A stretch of 58,494 nt of DNA, taken from positions 2,376 through 60,869 of the forward strand of contig MHWB01000002.1 of the NCBI GenBank assembly GCA_001823925.1, given 5' to 3'. Positions 17,695 to 25,980 of the stretch are shown here, piece by piece. Position numbers and translations under genes: made by a program. This DNA is from Candidatus Zambryskibacteria bacterium RIFCSPLOWO2_01_FULL_39_39. GTDB taxonomy: Bacteria > Patescibacteriota > Minisyncoccia > Phycocordibacterales > WO2-35-19. The notes below the pieces were generated by a model. That model saw nothing but the letters and a program-made list of their open reading frames with translations. It was not told the DNA's origin and ran no database searches. Every line of letters starts with the position of its first letter. The stretch's first letter is position 1.

Positions 17695-18327
17695 ATGAAA
17701 AAATTTATAGCTTTTGCTTCGGCCGCAGCCTTTTTGGTTTCAGCCGTTCCTGCTTTGGCTTTTGGCGGATTTCATTTCTCATCATCTGATCTAGATATAG
17801 ATGTTGATGTAGACAATGATGCGTACGTCAAAAACGATGTTGACACTACCGCTTCAACGGGAGGCAATACTTCAACGGGTGGCAGTGCTCGCAACAGAGT
17901 CAGTGGAGGCAATGTTGACAATACTGAAGCCAACGGCGGAGATACTGGGGATATAGATACTGGGGACGCTTTTGCCACAACTTATGTTACTAACACTGTC
18001 AATAGCAATGACATTGTAGTTCGAAGTGATTGCGGATGCCGAGGTGAGGCCGATCTTGATGTTGATGTAGACAATGATGCTACTGTAAAGAATTATGTTG
18101 ACACTAAGGCTAAAACAGGTCACAACGACTCTGTGGGTGGTAATGCTTCTAACAAAGTAAAGAGCAACTCCTCACACAGCTATCATCATTGGTTTGGTGG
18201 AAGCAACAGCGTTGACAATACTGAAGCCAACGGCGGAGATGCTGGTGAAATCACAACAGGTGATGCTGATGCCTACTCTGATGTTGTAAACGTTGTAAAT
18301 ACCAACGTTGTTCGAGTACGCAGATAA
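17695..18327 (+). CDS. Secreted Asn/Asp/Thr/Gly-rich repeat protein (two A-B repeat units)
   Basis: Sec signal (..VPALA); duplicated DVDVDNDA..V.T.A.TG.N and VDNTEANGGD.G.I.TGDA; exact DNA duplications 17800-17822/18058-18080 and 17914-17943/18211-18240. Confidence 0.8.
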   Translation: MKKFIAFASAAAFLVSAVPALAFGGFHFSSSDLDIDVDVDNDAYVKNDVDTTASTGGNTSTGGSARNRVSGGNVDNTEANGGDTGDIDTGDAFATTYVTNTVNSNDIVVRSDCGCRGEADLDVDVDNDATVKNYVDTKAKTGHNDSVGGNASNKVKSNSSHSYHHWFGGSNSVDNTEANGGDAGEITTGDADAYSDVVNVVNTNVVRVRR

Positions 18328-18350
18328 TCTGCATTTGTTCTTTTTGTTAA

Positions 18351-18442
18351 CTCCGACAAAATCGTCGGAGCCGAAATCTGTCTGTCATCTGACGGACGGA
18401 CTTCGGGCTAAGCTAAGTTCATCAGCTGATGAACTTAGCTTA
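18351..18442. repeat. Cluster of three adjacent palindromes
   Basis: CTCCGAC..GTCGGAG; CCGAA.TCTGTCTGTCA-TC-TGACGGACGGA.TTCGG; TAAGCTAAGTTCATCAG|CTGATGAACTTAGCTTA. Confidence 0.75.
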
Positions 18443-18451
18443 TCCGGAGAT

Positions 18452-18826
18452 ATGAAAAAATTTATAATAGTTTTAATTACCCTTTATGCATTACCGACTT
18501 TTGTCTTGGCTGATTCTACTAATGTTGTAAATAATGTTACCACTTCAGTTTCAACGGGTGGTAACACAAGTGATGGGGTGGTGACAGAAGGTCAAAGCAA
18601 AGGAAGTGTCAAGATTTACACTGAAGTCAATGGTGAAGTAGTAGAAGATTTCCAAAAAGAAGTAAGTGGTGAGAAGCAAATTAATTATGAAGTGAGCAAT
18701 GAATTTGAGGGAGGCAGGGTAGAAACAAAGGTAGAAGTAAATGGAAATGTGTCAAAGGCGCCCTTTGACACTTTACAAATGTTTATAAAATATGTAAAAT
18801 ATGTATTTTCATTCTTTAAATTTTAA
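18452..18826 (+). CDS. Small secreted protein with one partial TGGN repeat
   Basis: ATG 18452 preceded by GGAGA; signal MKKFII...VLA; NVVNNVTTSVSTGGNTS. The longer ORF start overlaps the previous gene and the palindromes. Confidence 0.7.
   Translation: MKKFIIVLITLYALPTFVLADSTNVVNNVTTSVSTGGNTSDGVVTEGQSKGSVKIYTEVNGEVVEDFQKEVSGEKQINYEVSNEFEGGRVETKVEVNGNVSKAPFDTLQMFIKYVKYVFSFFKF
18745..18772. repeat. REP-like palindrome (RAYT-associated family) inside a CDS
   Basis: AAATGTGTCAAAGGCGCCCTTTGACACT, 27/28 identical to 33097-33124. Confidence 0.85.
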
Positions 18827-21293
18827 TAGATACAAAATAACCAAAGTCGCCTTTTCAGTATTTTTGGTGATAGGTATTTTAAATTGGGCTTTTATGCCGG
18901 GTCTTCTTACTTATGCCGAAGAAGAAGTCCCTGCAATTGAAATTGCGGTAGTAGAAACTCCCTCAGCCCCAGAAGTTGTTGTACCGAGTGAGGTGGTTAT
19001 TGAAACTGGAGATGCGGTTTCTCAATCTGAAATTCAAAATGATGCTAACACTCAAGAAATAACTACTGAAGCGCAAAATTCAGGACAAATAGCTCCCCAA
19101 AGTTCAGAAAATAATGAGGTAAGCACTTCTGTTTTAAATATTGAAGGTCAAAATGAAGCAGAAGTACAAAATACAGCTACCACCACTGCAGAGACTGGAA
19201 GCAATAATGCCGAAGGTGTCGCCACCACGACGATAACAACAGGTGATGCAGTCGGAAATGTTGACGTGGTTAATTTGGTAAATACAAACATTGTTGATTC
19301 TAGCGGTAGTATTATAGCTGGTGGCGCTTCTTTGGGTGGTTCGTCTTTAGATTTGCGCGCAAACTTCGCAAGCACTACAGCAAGCACTACTTGCCCATTA
19401 TGCCTCAGTGATATTTCGATAGAGAATCAAAATAATGCAACGGTTACAAATAATATAATCGTATCGGCCGAAACCGGAGACAACAATGCTTCTAGCACAG
19501 GTGCTGGAATAATTAGAACCGGCGATGCTTTTGCCGGTGCTAATGTGGTAAATATCATAAACAGCAATATCGTCAAATCAAACTATATGCTTTTGGTTTT
19601 TAATAACTTTGGCGATTGGTCTGGTGATTTGGTTTTCCCCAATAGCGATTTTTTTGCAAATTTGTTTTCCAATTTTTCTTCTGGTTGTATTACTTGTAGT
19701 GGCGACACTTACCTTTCAAATAGTAACAACGCTAATGTTTCAAACACAGTTAATACTTCAGCAGAGAGTGGCGATAATACTGCCTCTGGAGAAGGGACTT
19801 CTATAAACTCAGGAGAGGCTCTGGCATCTTCAAATGTTTATAACCAAGTCAATACAAATGTTTATAATAGCGCATCTTTTTATCTCCTAATAAAAGTTTT
19901 TGGTGATTGGGGTGGCAATATATTTAATTTACCAGAAGGGATCGTCTGGCGTGAGACACCAAAGGGTATCGTCCTTTATAATGAAGCAGACGGCAATCCG
20001 TTGGAAAGTGAAATGCAGCCTTTGGTTGGAGGAGGGGAAACTTCAATTCAAAATACCAACAGTGCGGATGTTGTAAACAATATTAATGTCAGTGCTACTA
20101 CAGGAAACAATAATGCTCTTGGCGATGATGTTTCTATTCAGACGGGCAATGCTTATGCTGGGTCTAATCAGGTCAATATAGTCAATACCAATGTGGTAAG
20201 CAGTAACTGGACGAGGGTTTTAGTAAATATATTTGGCAACTGGCAAGGCAACATTTCTTTTGGAGAGCCAGATTTATGGATAGGTACGGTCGCAGAATCT
20301 TCGGGCACTTTGGTTCCAGGTTCTTCTGTTAAATTTACAACCACTATAAAAAATAATGGTGACGCTACCGCAAGTGGTATTAAGGTCTTGGCAGAACCAG
20401 AATTTCCTTATTTGGATATTGATGGAAATAATGAATGGATACTTAGTCCACTTTTGGCTGGAGAGTCAACGGAAATCTCTTATAGTGGCTCTATCTCTAG
20501 GAGCATGCCTTTGGGGGCTATTCCAATACAAAATACAGTTTCGGTATCTTCGTTTGAAACAGATGGCAATATGGAAGACAATACTGATGTTATTGATTTA
20601 GTCGCTTATAATTATTCAGGACCAAGAGTTCGGCCATCTCATGTTTCGCGCACATCTACATACCCTAATTTGGAAGTGACAAAAACCCATACTCTTAAAA
20701 GCGCTGTGGGTATAAATGGGGTAGAAATGGTGCCATTTCTCGGCTCGGCTGATTATAAAATAGTAGTTAAAAATAATGGAGGCTTGGCTTATGAAGGGCT
20801 ACTTGTGGATCAACTTAAAAATGAAGCTGGTGAAATTATAAATGAACAGACTTGGGACCTTGGCAAGATTTTTGCAAATGAAGAAATTGTTATTACTTAT
20901 ACTACTGAATTTACTGCGAGCACCACTCCGGGTACTTACACCAACTATGCTTGGGTGGAAGCTTTGGGGGGAGATTATTCTTATAACCCCAAACTAGCCT
21001 CAAAAACTATTTCAAATATGGCGTCAAGTACCGTTGTGGTTGCAGAGAAACCAATCGTTTTAATTGTAGAAGAACAAGTGAAGGCTTTGGGTGAAGTTTT
21101 GGGATTGCTTATCGAAGATGTATCGGCAGTGGGGGAAGAACAATATGTGGAATTTCTTGGAGGTTTTTGCAGAGAAGAGAGCGGGGATAAAATGAAAACC
21201 CTAAGTGTTTCTCAAAGCATTCTCTTGGGTCTCTCATTTATCCTTATCGTACGAAAGAAAAAGTATATTCCTACTAATTTGTTTATGATCTAA
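18801..21293 (+). CDS. Large surface protein: TG(D/N) repeat region, DUF11-like Ig domains and C-terminal membrane anchor
   Basis: Four A-B repeat pairs plus an extra B; ..V.FTTTIKNNG..A and NLEVTK..YKIVVKNNG DUF11-like segments; terminal SILLGLSFILIVRKKK. Confidence 0.75.
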   Translation: MYFHSLNFNRYKITKVAFSVFLVIGILNWAFMPGLLTYAEEEVPAIEIAVVETPSAPEVVVPSEVVIETGDAVSQSEIQNDANTQEITTEAQNSGQIAPQSSENNEVSTSVLNIEGQNEAEVQNTATTTAETGSNNAEGVATTTITTGDAVGNVDVVNLVNTNIVDSSGSIIAGGASLGGSSLDLRANFASTTASTTCPLCLSDISIENQNNATVTNNIIVSAETGDNNASSTGAGIIRTGDAFAGANVVNIINSNIVKSNYMLLVFNNFGDWSGDLVFPNSDFFANLFSNFSSGCITCSGDTYLSNSNNANVSNTVNTSAESGDNTASGEGTSINSGEALASSNVYNQVNTNVYNSASFYLLIKVFGDWGGNIFNLPEGIVWRETPKGIVLYNEADGNPLESEMQPLVGGGETSIQNTNSADVVNNINVSATTGNNNALGDDVSIQTGNAYAGSNQVNIVNTNVVSSNWTRVLVNIFGNWQGNISFGEPDLWIGTVAESSGTLVPGSSVKFTTTIKNNGDATASGIKVLAEPEFPYLDIDGNNEWILSPLLAGESTEISYSGSISRSMPLGAIPIQNTVSVSSFETDGNMEDNTDVIDLVAYNYSGPRVRPSHVSRTSTYPNLEVTKTHTLKSAVGINGVEMVPFLGSADYKIVVKNNGGLAYEGLLVDQLKNEAGEIINEQTWDLGKIFANEEIVITYTTEFTASTTPGTYTNYAWVEALGGDYSYNPKLASKTISNMASSTVVVAEKPIVLIVEEQVKALGEVLGLLIEDVSAVGEEQYVEFLGGFCREESGDKMKTLSVSQSILLGLSFILIVRKKKYIPTNLFMI

Positions 21294-21309
21294 ATTATGT
21301 TATAATAAT

Positions 21310-21828
21310 TTGGTGAAAAAGCTTAGAGAAATTACGAGGTTAAAAATAGCCATTGTTTGTTTACTTATTTTGGCTATTTCTATGGGAACTATTTCTCCCC
21401 TTAGGGTAGCAGTCTTTGATTCCCTCTCGGCCATTTATGCTAGCGTTTTAGTTACTCTGACCAATCAAAATAGAGTAAATAGTAATGTCCCGGAACTCAA
21501 AGTAAGTCCAATTTTAGAAAAAGCGGCCCAAATGAAAGCCGATGATATGGCGACTAGAAGCTATTTTGCACACAACACACCAGAAGGGCGGACACCTTGG
21601 TATTGGTTTGAAAAAGCAGGTTATAAATATGTATATGCAGGAGAAAATTTGGCTGTTAATTTTGAAGAAAGTGCTGATGTAGAAACTGCTTGGATGAAAT
21701 CCAAAGGCCATTTTTTAAATATAATGAATCCCAAATTTAAAGAAATTGGTATCGCCACCTCTACTGGTATCTATAAAGGTAAGCAAGCCATCTTTGTTGT
21801 TCAGATGTTTGGCGCTCCATCTAAGTAA
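21310..21828 (+). CDS. CAP (SCP/PR-1) domain protein
   Basis: LTNQNR, AAQMKADDM, YFAH, AGENLA, AWMKSKGH..NI, EIGIA, VQMFG. Confidence 0.93.
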   Translation: MVKKLREITRLKIAIVCLLILAISMGTISPLRVAVFDSLSAIYASVLVTLTNQNRVNSNVPELKVSPILEKAAQMKADDMATRSYFAHNTPEGRTPWYWFEKAGYKYVYAGENLAVNFEESADVETAWMKSKGHFLNIMNPKFKEIGIATSTGIYKGKQAIFVVQMFGAPSK

Positions 21829-21944
21829 AACTAGATAATATAATTAAAAAAAAAGATATACTAAACGCTCGGCGTCTAGTAGTTTTTGTTTTTAGTTTTT
21901 TGTTGTATGCTAGTTAGGGTGTTTTTTGAAAGGAAGGTGAAGCG

Positions 21945-22634
21945 ATGAGACATATGGAAAGACATTCTGGTCTAGAAGACCATATGAATAATATATGGTT
22001 TCCAAGGATAAAAGAGGTAGGAGCTTTTTGGACGCATTCAGGAATTGCCAGTCATCCCCACATATGGACTACCCTAAAAAATCATTCCAATGAATATTTC
22101 AATGGTTATGTATTTGGACAAAATTCCCCCCTTCTAGATGAAGCATGTAAATCTCTGGCATCTTTTTTGGTCTTGAGATTTCCGGAGATTTTAGATGTGG
22201 ACAGAATTATAGGTCCGGCTATGGGGGCGATTTGTATTGCGGATGGAGTTGCAAGGCATTTAAGCAATATTAGACAAAAACCATGTCTTTCTGGTTTTGT
22301 TGAAAAAGAAGAGAATAACGGTAAGAGGAGAATGGTTTTTAAGAGAATGAATATTTACCATGGAGAAACTGTGTTGATCGTAGACAATACCATCAATATG
22401 GGTAGTAGTGTTCATTTAACGGCTGAAGCTGTAAAAGAGGCTGGTGGAAGAGTTCTTCCTGTCTTTGGTGCGATTATGAACCGTTCTGCGGTGAGTATTA
22501 AGACAAGAATAGTTTCTCTAGCCCATATACCAGCGACACAGTGGAAACCAAACAAATGTCCTCTCTGTGCAAAAAATTCTGAAGTAATCGAGCCTCAACT
22601 TCCAAGAAATTGGAAAAGGCTTCAGGGCCTCTGA
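21945..22634 (+). CDS. Type I phosphoribosyltransferase (PyrE-like, divergent)
   Basis: GPAMGAI; PRPP-loop variant VLIVDNTINMGSS; C-terminal CPLC as in PyrE-like proteins. Confidence 0.65.
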   Translation: MRHMERHSGLEDHMNNIWFPRIKEVGAFWTHSGIASHPHIWTTLKNHSNEYFNGYVFGQNSPLLDEACKSLASFLVLRFPEILDVDRIIGPAMGAICIADGVARHLSNIRQKPCLSGFVEKEENNGKRRMVFKRMNIYHGETVLIVDNTINMGSSVHLTAEAVKEAGGRVLPVFGAIMNRSAVSIKTRIVSLAHIPATQWKPNKCPLCAKNSEVIEPQLPRNWKRLQGL

Positions 22635-22657
22635 AACGAGGGATGAAGAATTTCAAG

Positions 22658-22690
22658 ACCACTCTGAGCAAAGTCGAAGGGTGGTTTTTT
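22658..22690 (+). terminator. REP-like hairpin acting as terminator
   Basis: ACCACTCTGAGCAAAGTCGAAGGGTGGT plus T-run; same CCCTTCGA..CTCAG(G/A)G family as 17297-17313, 27302-27323 and 32480-32498. Confidence 0.5.
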
Positions 22691-22696
22691 ATTTTA

Positions 22697-23659
22697 TTAA
22701 CTCTGCCTGTGAAGTTCTAAATAAATATCTTCCAACGCTTTGACGGCGTCGCCGGCGGCGATGTTGTTTTGATGATAGAGGGTATCAGTACAATCTCCGG
22801 CCGCCCAAATATCTTCTCTACTTGTTCTCTGGGTCTTGTGGTCTATTTTTATATGTTTAAATTCATCCATTTCTAGCAAATCCTCTACAAAACTCGTTGC
22901 TGGGGTATGACCAATCTCTATAAAAATTCCACTAACGGGGATTTCAAGATTATCAACAAAAGGCGCGGTCCTTTGATAGACAATAGATTTTACAAAGTCG
23001 CCACCTTTGATTTCAACTGGTATGGCGTTGGTTAGCGCCTTCATTTTTGGATTGGCTAACACTTTTTCTACAGTGACCGGATCGGCACGAAATTCGCCAC
23101 GGCTCAATAGAGTGACGCTTTTACAATAAGCTAAGAGCTGAGCGGCTGATTCAAAACCGGCATTACCTCCACCTATCACTGCTACATCCTTACCTTCAAA
23201 AAATGGTCCATCGCATGAGGCGCAATAAGTGATACCTTTGCCCTCAAATTCCAAAGCTCCCGGGATATTTAATTTTTTTCTAGAACTGCCGGTGGTTACC
23301 AAAATAGTTTTAGTATCGTAAGTATTTTTGTTTGTAGTTATAGTGAATTTATTTTTTTGGCCGACGTTTTCAGTCGGCCCCCCGACCAAAAGCGTCGGGG
23401 CTACTCTTTCTACTCTCTCCCCCTCTTTTATATCTACAAAATCACTTGCATAAGATTTGACATGTTCCTTTAAGTTTTTGGCCAAATCAATACCAGAAAT
23501 AGCAGGCGTACCTATCCAATTTTGAATTTCGTTTGATTCTATAGATTGGCCACCAAAAGATTCGGCTATTAACAATGTCTTTATCTGCTTCCTCGCCGCA
23601 TATACGCCAGCTGCTGCTCCAGCAGGACCACCACCTATGATTATGAGATCGTATTGCAT
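22697..23659 (-). CDS. trxB: Thioredoxin reductase / AhpF-like FAD-dependent oxidoreductase
   Basis: GGGPAG, YCASCDG, GGGNAG, AAGD motifs. Confidence 0.88.
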   Translation of the reverse strand: MQYDLIIIGGGPAGAAAGVYAARKQIKTLLIAESFGGQSIESNEIQNWIGTPAISGIDLAKNLKEHVKSYASDFVDIKEGERVERVAPTLLVGGPTENVGQKNKFTITTNKNTYDTKTILVTTGSSRKKLNIPGALEFEGKGITYCASCDGPFFEGKDVAVIGGGNAGFESAAQLLAYCKSVTLLSRGEFRADPVTVEKVLANPKMKALTNAIPVEIKGGDFVKSIVYQRTAPFVDNLEIPVSGIFIEIGHTPATSFVEDLLEMDEFKHIKIDHKTQRTSREDIWAAGDCTDTLYHQNNIAAGDAVKALEDIYLELHRQS

Positions 23660-23680
23660 ATTTTTATTGTATCATAAAAA

Positions 23681-23742
23681 GACCTCACCCCAAATACCTT
23701 ACGGTATTTTGCCCCTCTCCTTGTGAAGGAGAGGGGAGAGGG
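23681..23742 (+). repeat. GACCTCACCCC...CCCCTCTCC/GGAGAGGGG repeat, copy upstream of DUF559
   Basis: GACCTCACCCC-AAATACC TTAC GGTATTT-T-GCCCCTCTCCTT GTG AAGGAGAGGGG. Confidence 0.85.
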
Positions 23743-23756
23743 AAAAAGAAAAAAAC

Positions 23757-24107
23757 ATGGAATTGATACATAACAATGAAATACTTAAGGAAAGAAGGAG
23801 AGAATTAAGACAAAACTCTACTAAAACAGAAGAAATACTTTGGTGGTATCTACGTGATAAAAAGTTGGGAGTAAAATTTAAAAGACAACATAGTATTGGA
23901 GGCTATATATTAGATTTTTACTGTCCAGAGAAGAAACTGATCATCGAACTTGATGGGGAAATACATAATACAAAAGAAGCTAAGGAATATGATGCCGTTC
24001 GTGATAAATATTTTAAAGAACTTGGATATAAAGTTTTGAGATTTAAAAATAGGGAATTAGAAAATGATACTGAGAAAGTTTTGGATAGAATAAAAAGTTA
24101 TTTTTAA
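23757..24107 (+). CDS. DUF559 (Vsr-like PD-(D/E)xK) endonuclease
   Basis: RRELRQNST..E..LW..LR, FKRQHSIGGYILDFYC, IELDGEIH, D..RD, G.KVLRF.N. Confidence 0.92.
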   Translation: MELIHNNEILKERRRELRQNSTKTEEILWWYLRDKKLGVKFKRQHSIGGYILDFYCPEKKLIIELDGEIHNTKEAKEYDAVRDKYFKELGYKVLRFKNRELENDTEKVLDRIKSYF

Positions 24108-24162
24108 AAACGAAAACCCGCCGCTTGCAAACGGAGAGTTTCCGGTAATGCAAGCGAGCGGG

Positions 24163-24639
24163 TTAGATTTGCCAGTTGACCACTTCATTGGACACCGCCT
24201 GTTTGAGATCGGCTTGAAGTAGTAGTTCTGGGCGAGCATCAAGAATCGCAGCGAGACGGAAAACGTTGTCGAGATTCCATCCACCAAATCCGATGGCGTC
24301 CTTCATTCCGAGAAGTCTGCCTACAAACGAAGGATTCAATCCCAACTTCCGAGCAAGCTCGTTGATCGAGAATATCCTCTGGCGTGCCATCAAGATGTAG
24401 ATGTTGGACTGGATTTGCTCGACATTCATCTGTACCCAGATCCAAATTAGGCTGTTAGCTTTATAAAAATCGGGATGCATCTTGTAGTTGATTGCACCGA
24501 GCTTGCTGATCTCGACGACAACATCGTACATTTCAGTCCCTACGAAGTCTGCTCCCTGGTCAGCCATCCGTTGCTCTCCCTCACGGTCGAGCGAATACTG
24601 CCGGCGAATATTTTTGTCCGTGCCATAGTATAACTGCAA
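24163..24639 (-). CDS. Hypothetical protein with C-terminal XRE-like HTH
   Basis: SINELARKLGLNPSFVGRLL...LDNVFRLAAIL; AGGAGGTG RBS before a TTG start; higher GC. Confidence 0.65.
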   Translation of the reverse strand: MQLYYGTDKNIRRQYSLDREGEQRMADQGADFVGTEMYDVVVEISKLGAINYKMHPDFYKANSLIWIWVQMNVEQIQSNIYILMARQRIFSINELARKLGLNPSFVGRLLGMKDAIGFGGWNLDNVFRLAAILDARPELLLQADLKQAVSNEVVNWQI

Positions 24640-24697
24640 GGTTCACCTCCTACTTACTATTATATCACATCTATAATAAATTGCAAATTTTTAGTTT

Positions 24698-24755
24698 CCC
24701 CCCTCACCTTCGCAAGGGGAGGGGCAGGCTGCCGTAAGGCAGACGGGGTGAGGTC
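24698..24755 (-). repeat. Inverted copy of the DUF559-associated repeat
   Basis: Minus strand GACCTCACCCC-GTCTGCC TTAC GGCAGCC-T-GCCCCTCCCCTT GCG AAGGTGAGGGG. Confidence 0.85.
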
Positions 24756-24757
24756 TT

Positions 24758-25936
24758 TTACTTTAATTTTGAACGGCGGAGGAACGCTGGGACAGCGCCC
24801 CATTCGTCGTCATCATCTATAATATTTTGTTTTTTTTCTTCTGATTCTTCTGCTACCACCTTGATTTCAGATGTATCTTTTTTTTCTGCCTTTTCGCTAC
24901 GGAATACAGAATTAAATATTCTACCCTTACTTGCTTCCTCTCCTACACCTTTGTCTTCAAAGGTATTCTTTTTCATATAATTTTCGGGAAAACCGGAAGC
25001 GATGACGGTGATTTTTACCTCACCTTTCTTGAGTTTTTCGTCTCTGACTGTTCCAAATATAATTTTGGCATTTGGATCCACTGATTCGGTGATAAATTTG
25101 GCGGCATCATGTATTTCAAACATTGTAAGGTCGTCCCCTCCGGCAATGGAGAAGAGAACCCCTTTGGCACCGTTTATTGAAACTTCTAGAAGGGGAGAGT
25201 TGATTGCCATTTTAGCGGCTTCTTCGGCTCGTTTTTCTCCACTAGCTCTTCCGATACCCATCAAAGCTCCACCAGCACTCTCCATGATAGCTCTGACATC
25301 GGCAAAATCTATATTTATAATGCCCGGCATTGTGATGAGGTCTGATATACCTTCAACCGCTTGTTTTAAAATATCATCACACATCGCAAAAGCGCTTTTG
25401 GCTGACGTTTCTTTGTCAATGGTAGCGAGAAGTCTGTCATTTGGGATAACTATCAGGGCGTCTACTGATTGATGAAGTTCTTCTAAGCCGGCTTCGGCGA
25501 GACGCATCTTTTGTTGACCTTCAAAAGAAAAAGGTTTGGTGACTACGCCAACAGTTAAAGCTCCCAGTTCTCTGGCGGTGCGAGCAACCACAGGGCCTGC
25601 GCCAGTGCCTGTACCTCCTCCGGATCCATAGGCGATAAACACCATATCGGCTCCTTTGATAGCTTCTTGTATTTCTTCTTTGGTTTCCTCCACTGCTCGT
25701 TTACCAAGCTCCGGATTCATACCTGTACCCAAACCTCTAGTTAGATTTTTACCTATGTGTATTTTCTTTTTTGCTTCCGAATGATGTAGATCTTGAGCGT
25801 CTGTGTTTACTGAGATAAATTCTACCCCTTTTACTTTGGAGTTAATCATATGATTAATAGCGTTTTTGCCAGAACCACCAACACCGATAACCTTTATTCT
25901 GGCAAAGATTTCCACTTCTGATTTTATTTGAGGCAT
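24758..25936 (-). CDS. ftsZ: Cell division protein FtsZ
   Basis: GVGGSG, GGGTGTG tubulin signature, NIDFAD, C-terminal VPAFLRR; start placed at MPQIK. Confidence 0.98.
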   Translation of the reverse strand: MPQIKSEVEIFARIKVIGVGGSGKNAINHMINSKVKGVEFISVNTDAQDLHHSEAKKKIHIGKNLTRGLGTGMNPELGKRAVEETKEEIQEAIKGADMVFIAYGSGGGTGTGAGPVVARTARELGALTVGVVTKPFSFEGQQKMRLAEAGLEELHQSVDALIVIPNDRLLATIDKETSAKSAFAMCDDILKQAVEGISDLITMPGIINIDFADVRAIMESAGGALMGIGRASGEKRAEEAAKMAINSPLLEVSINGAKGVLFSIAGGDDLTMFEIHDAAKFITESVDPNAKIIFGTVRDEKLKKGEVKITVIASGFPENYMKKNTFEDKGVGEEASKGRIFNSVFRSEKAEKKDTSEIKVVAEESEEKKQNIIDDDDEWGAVPAFLRRSKLK

Positions 25937-25980
25937 ATGTAACAGGGTATCAAAAGAGGGGTAAAAACACAAACATTGAA

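Noticed and set aside
17695-18327. Exact 23-bp and 30-bp direct repeats as a possible CRISPR array
   Set aside because: Only two copies each, in frame within a repeat protein; no regular spacers and no cas genes in the window.
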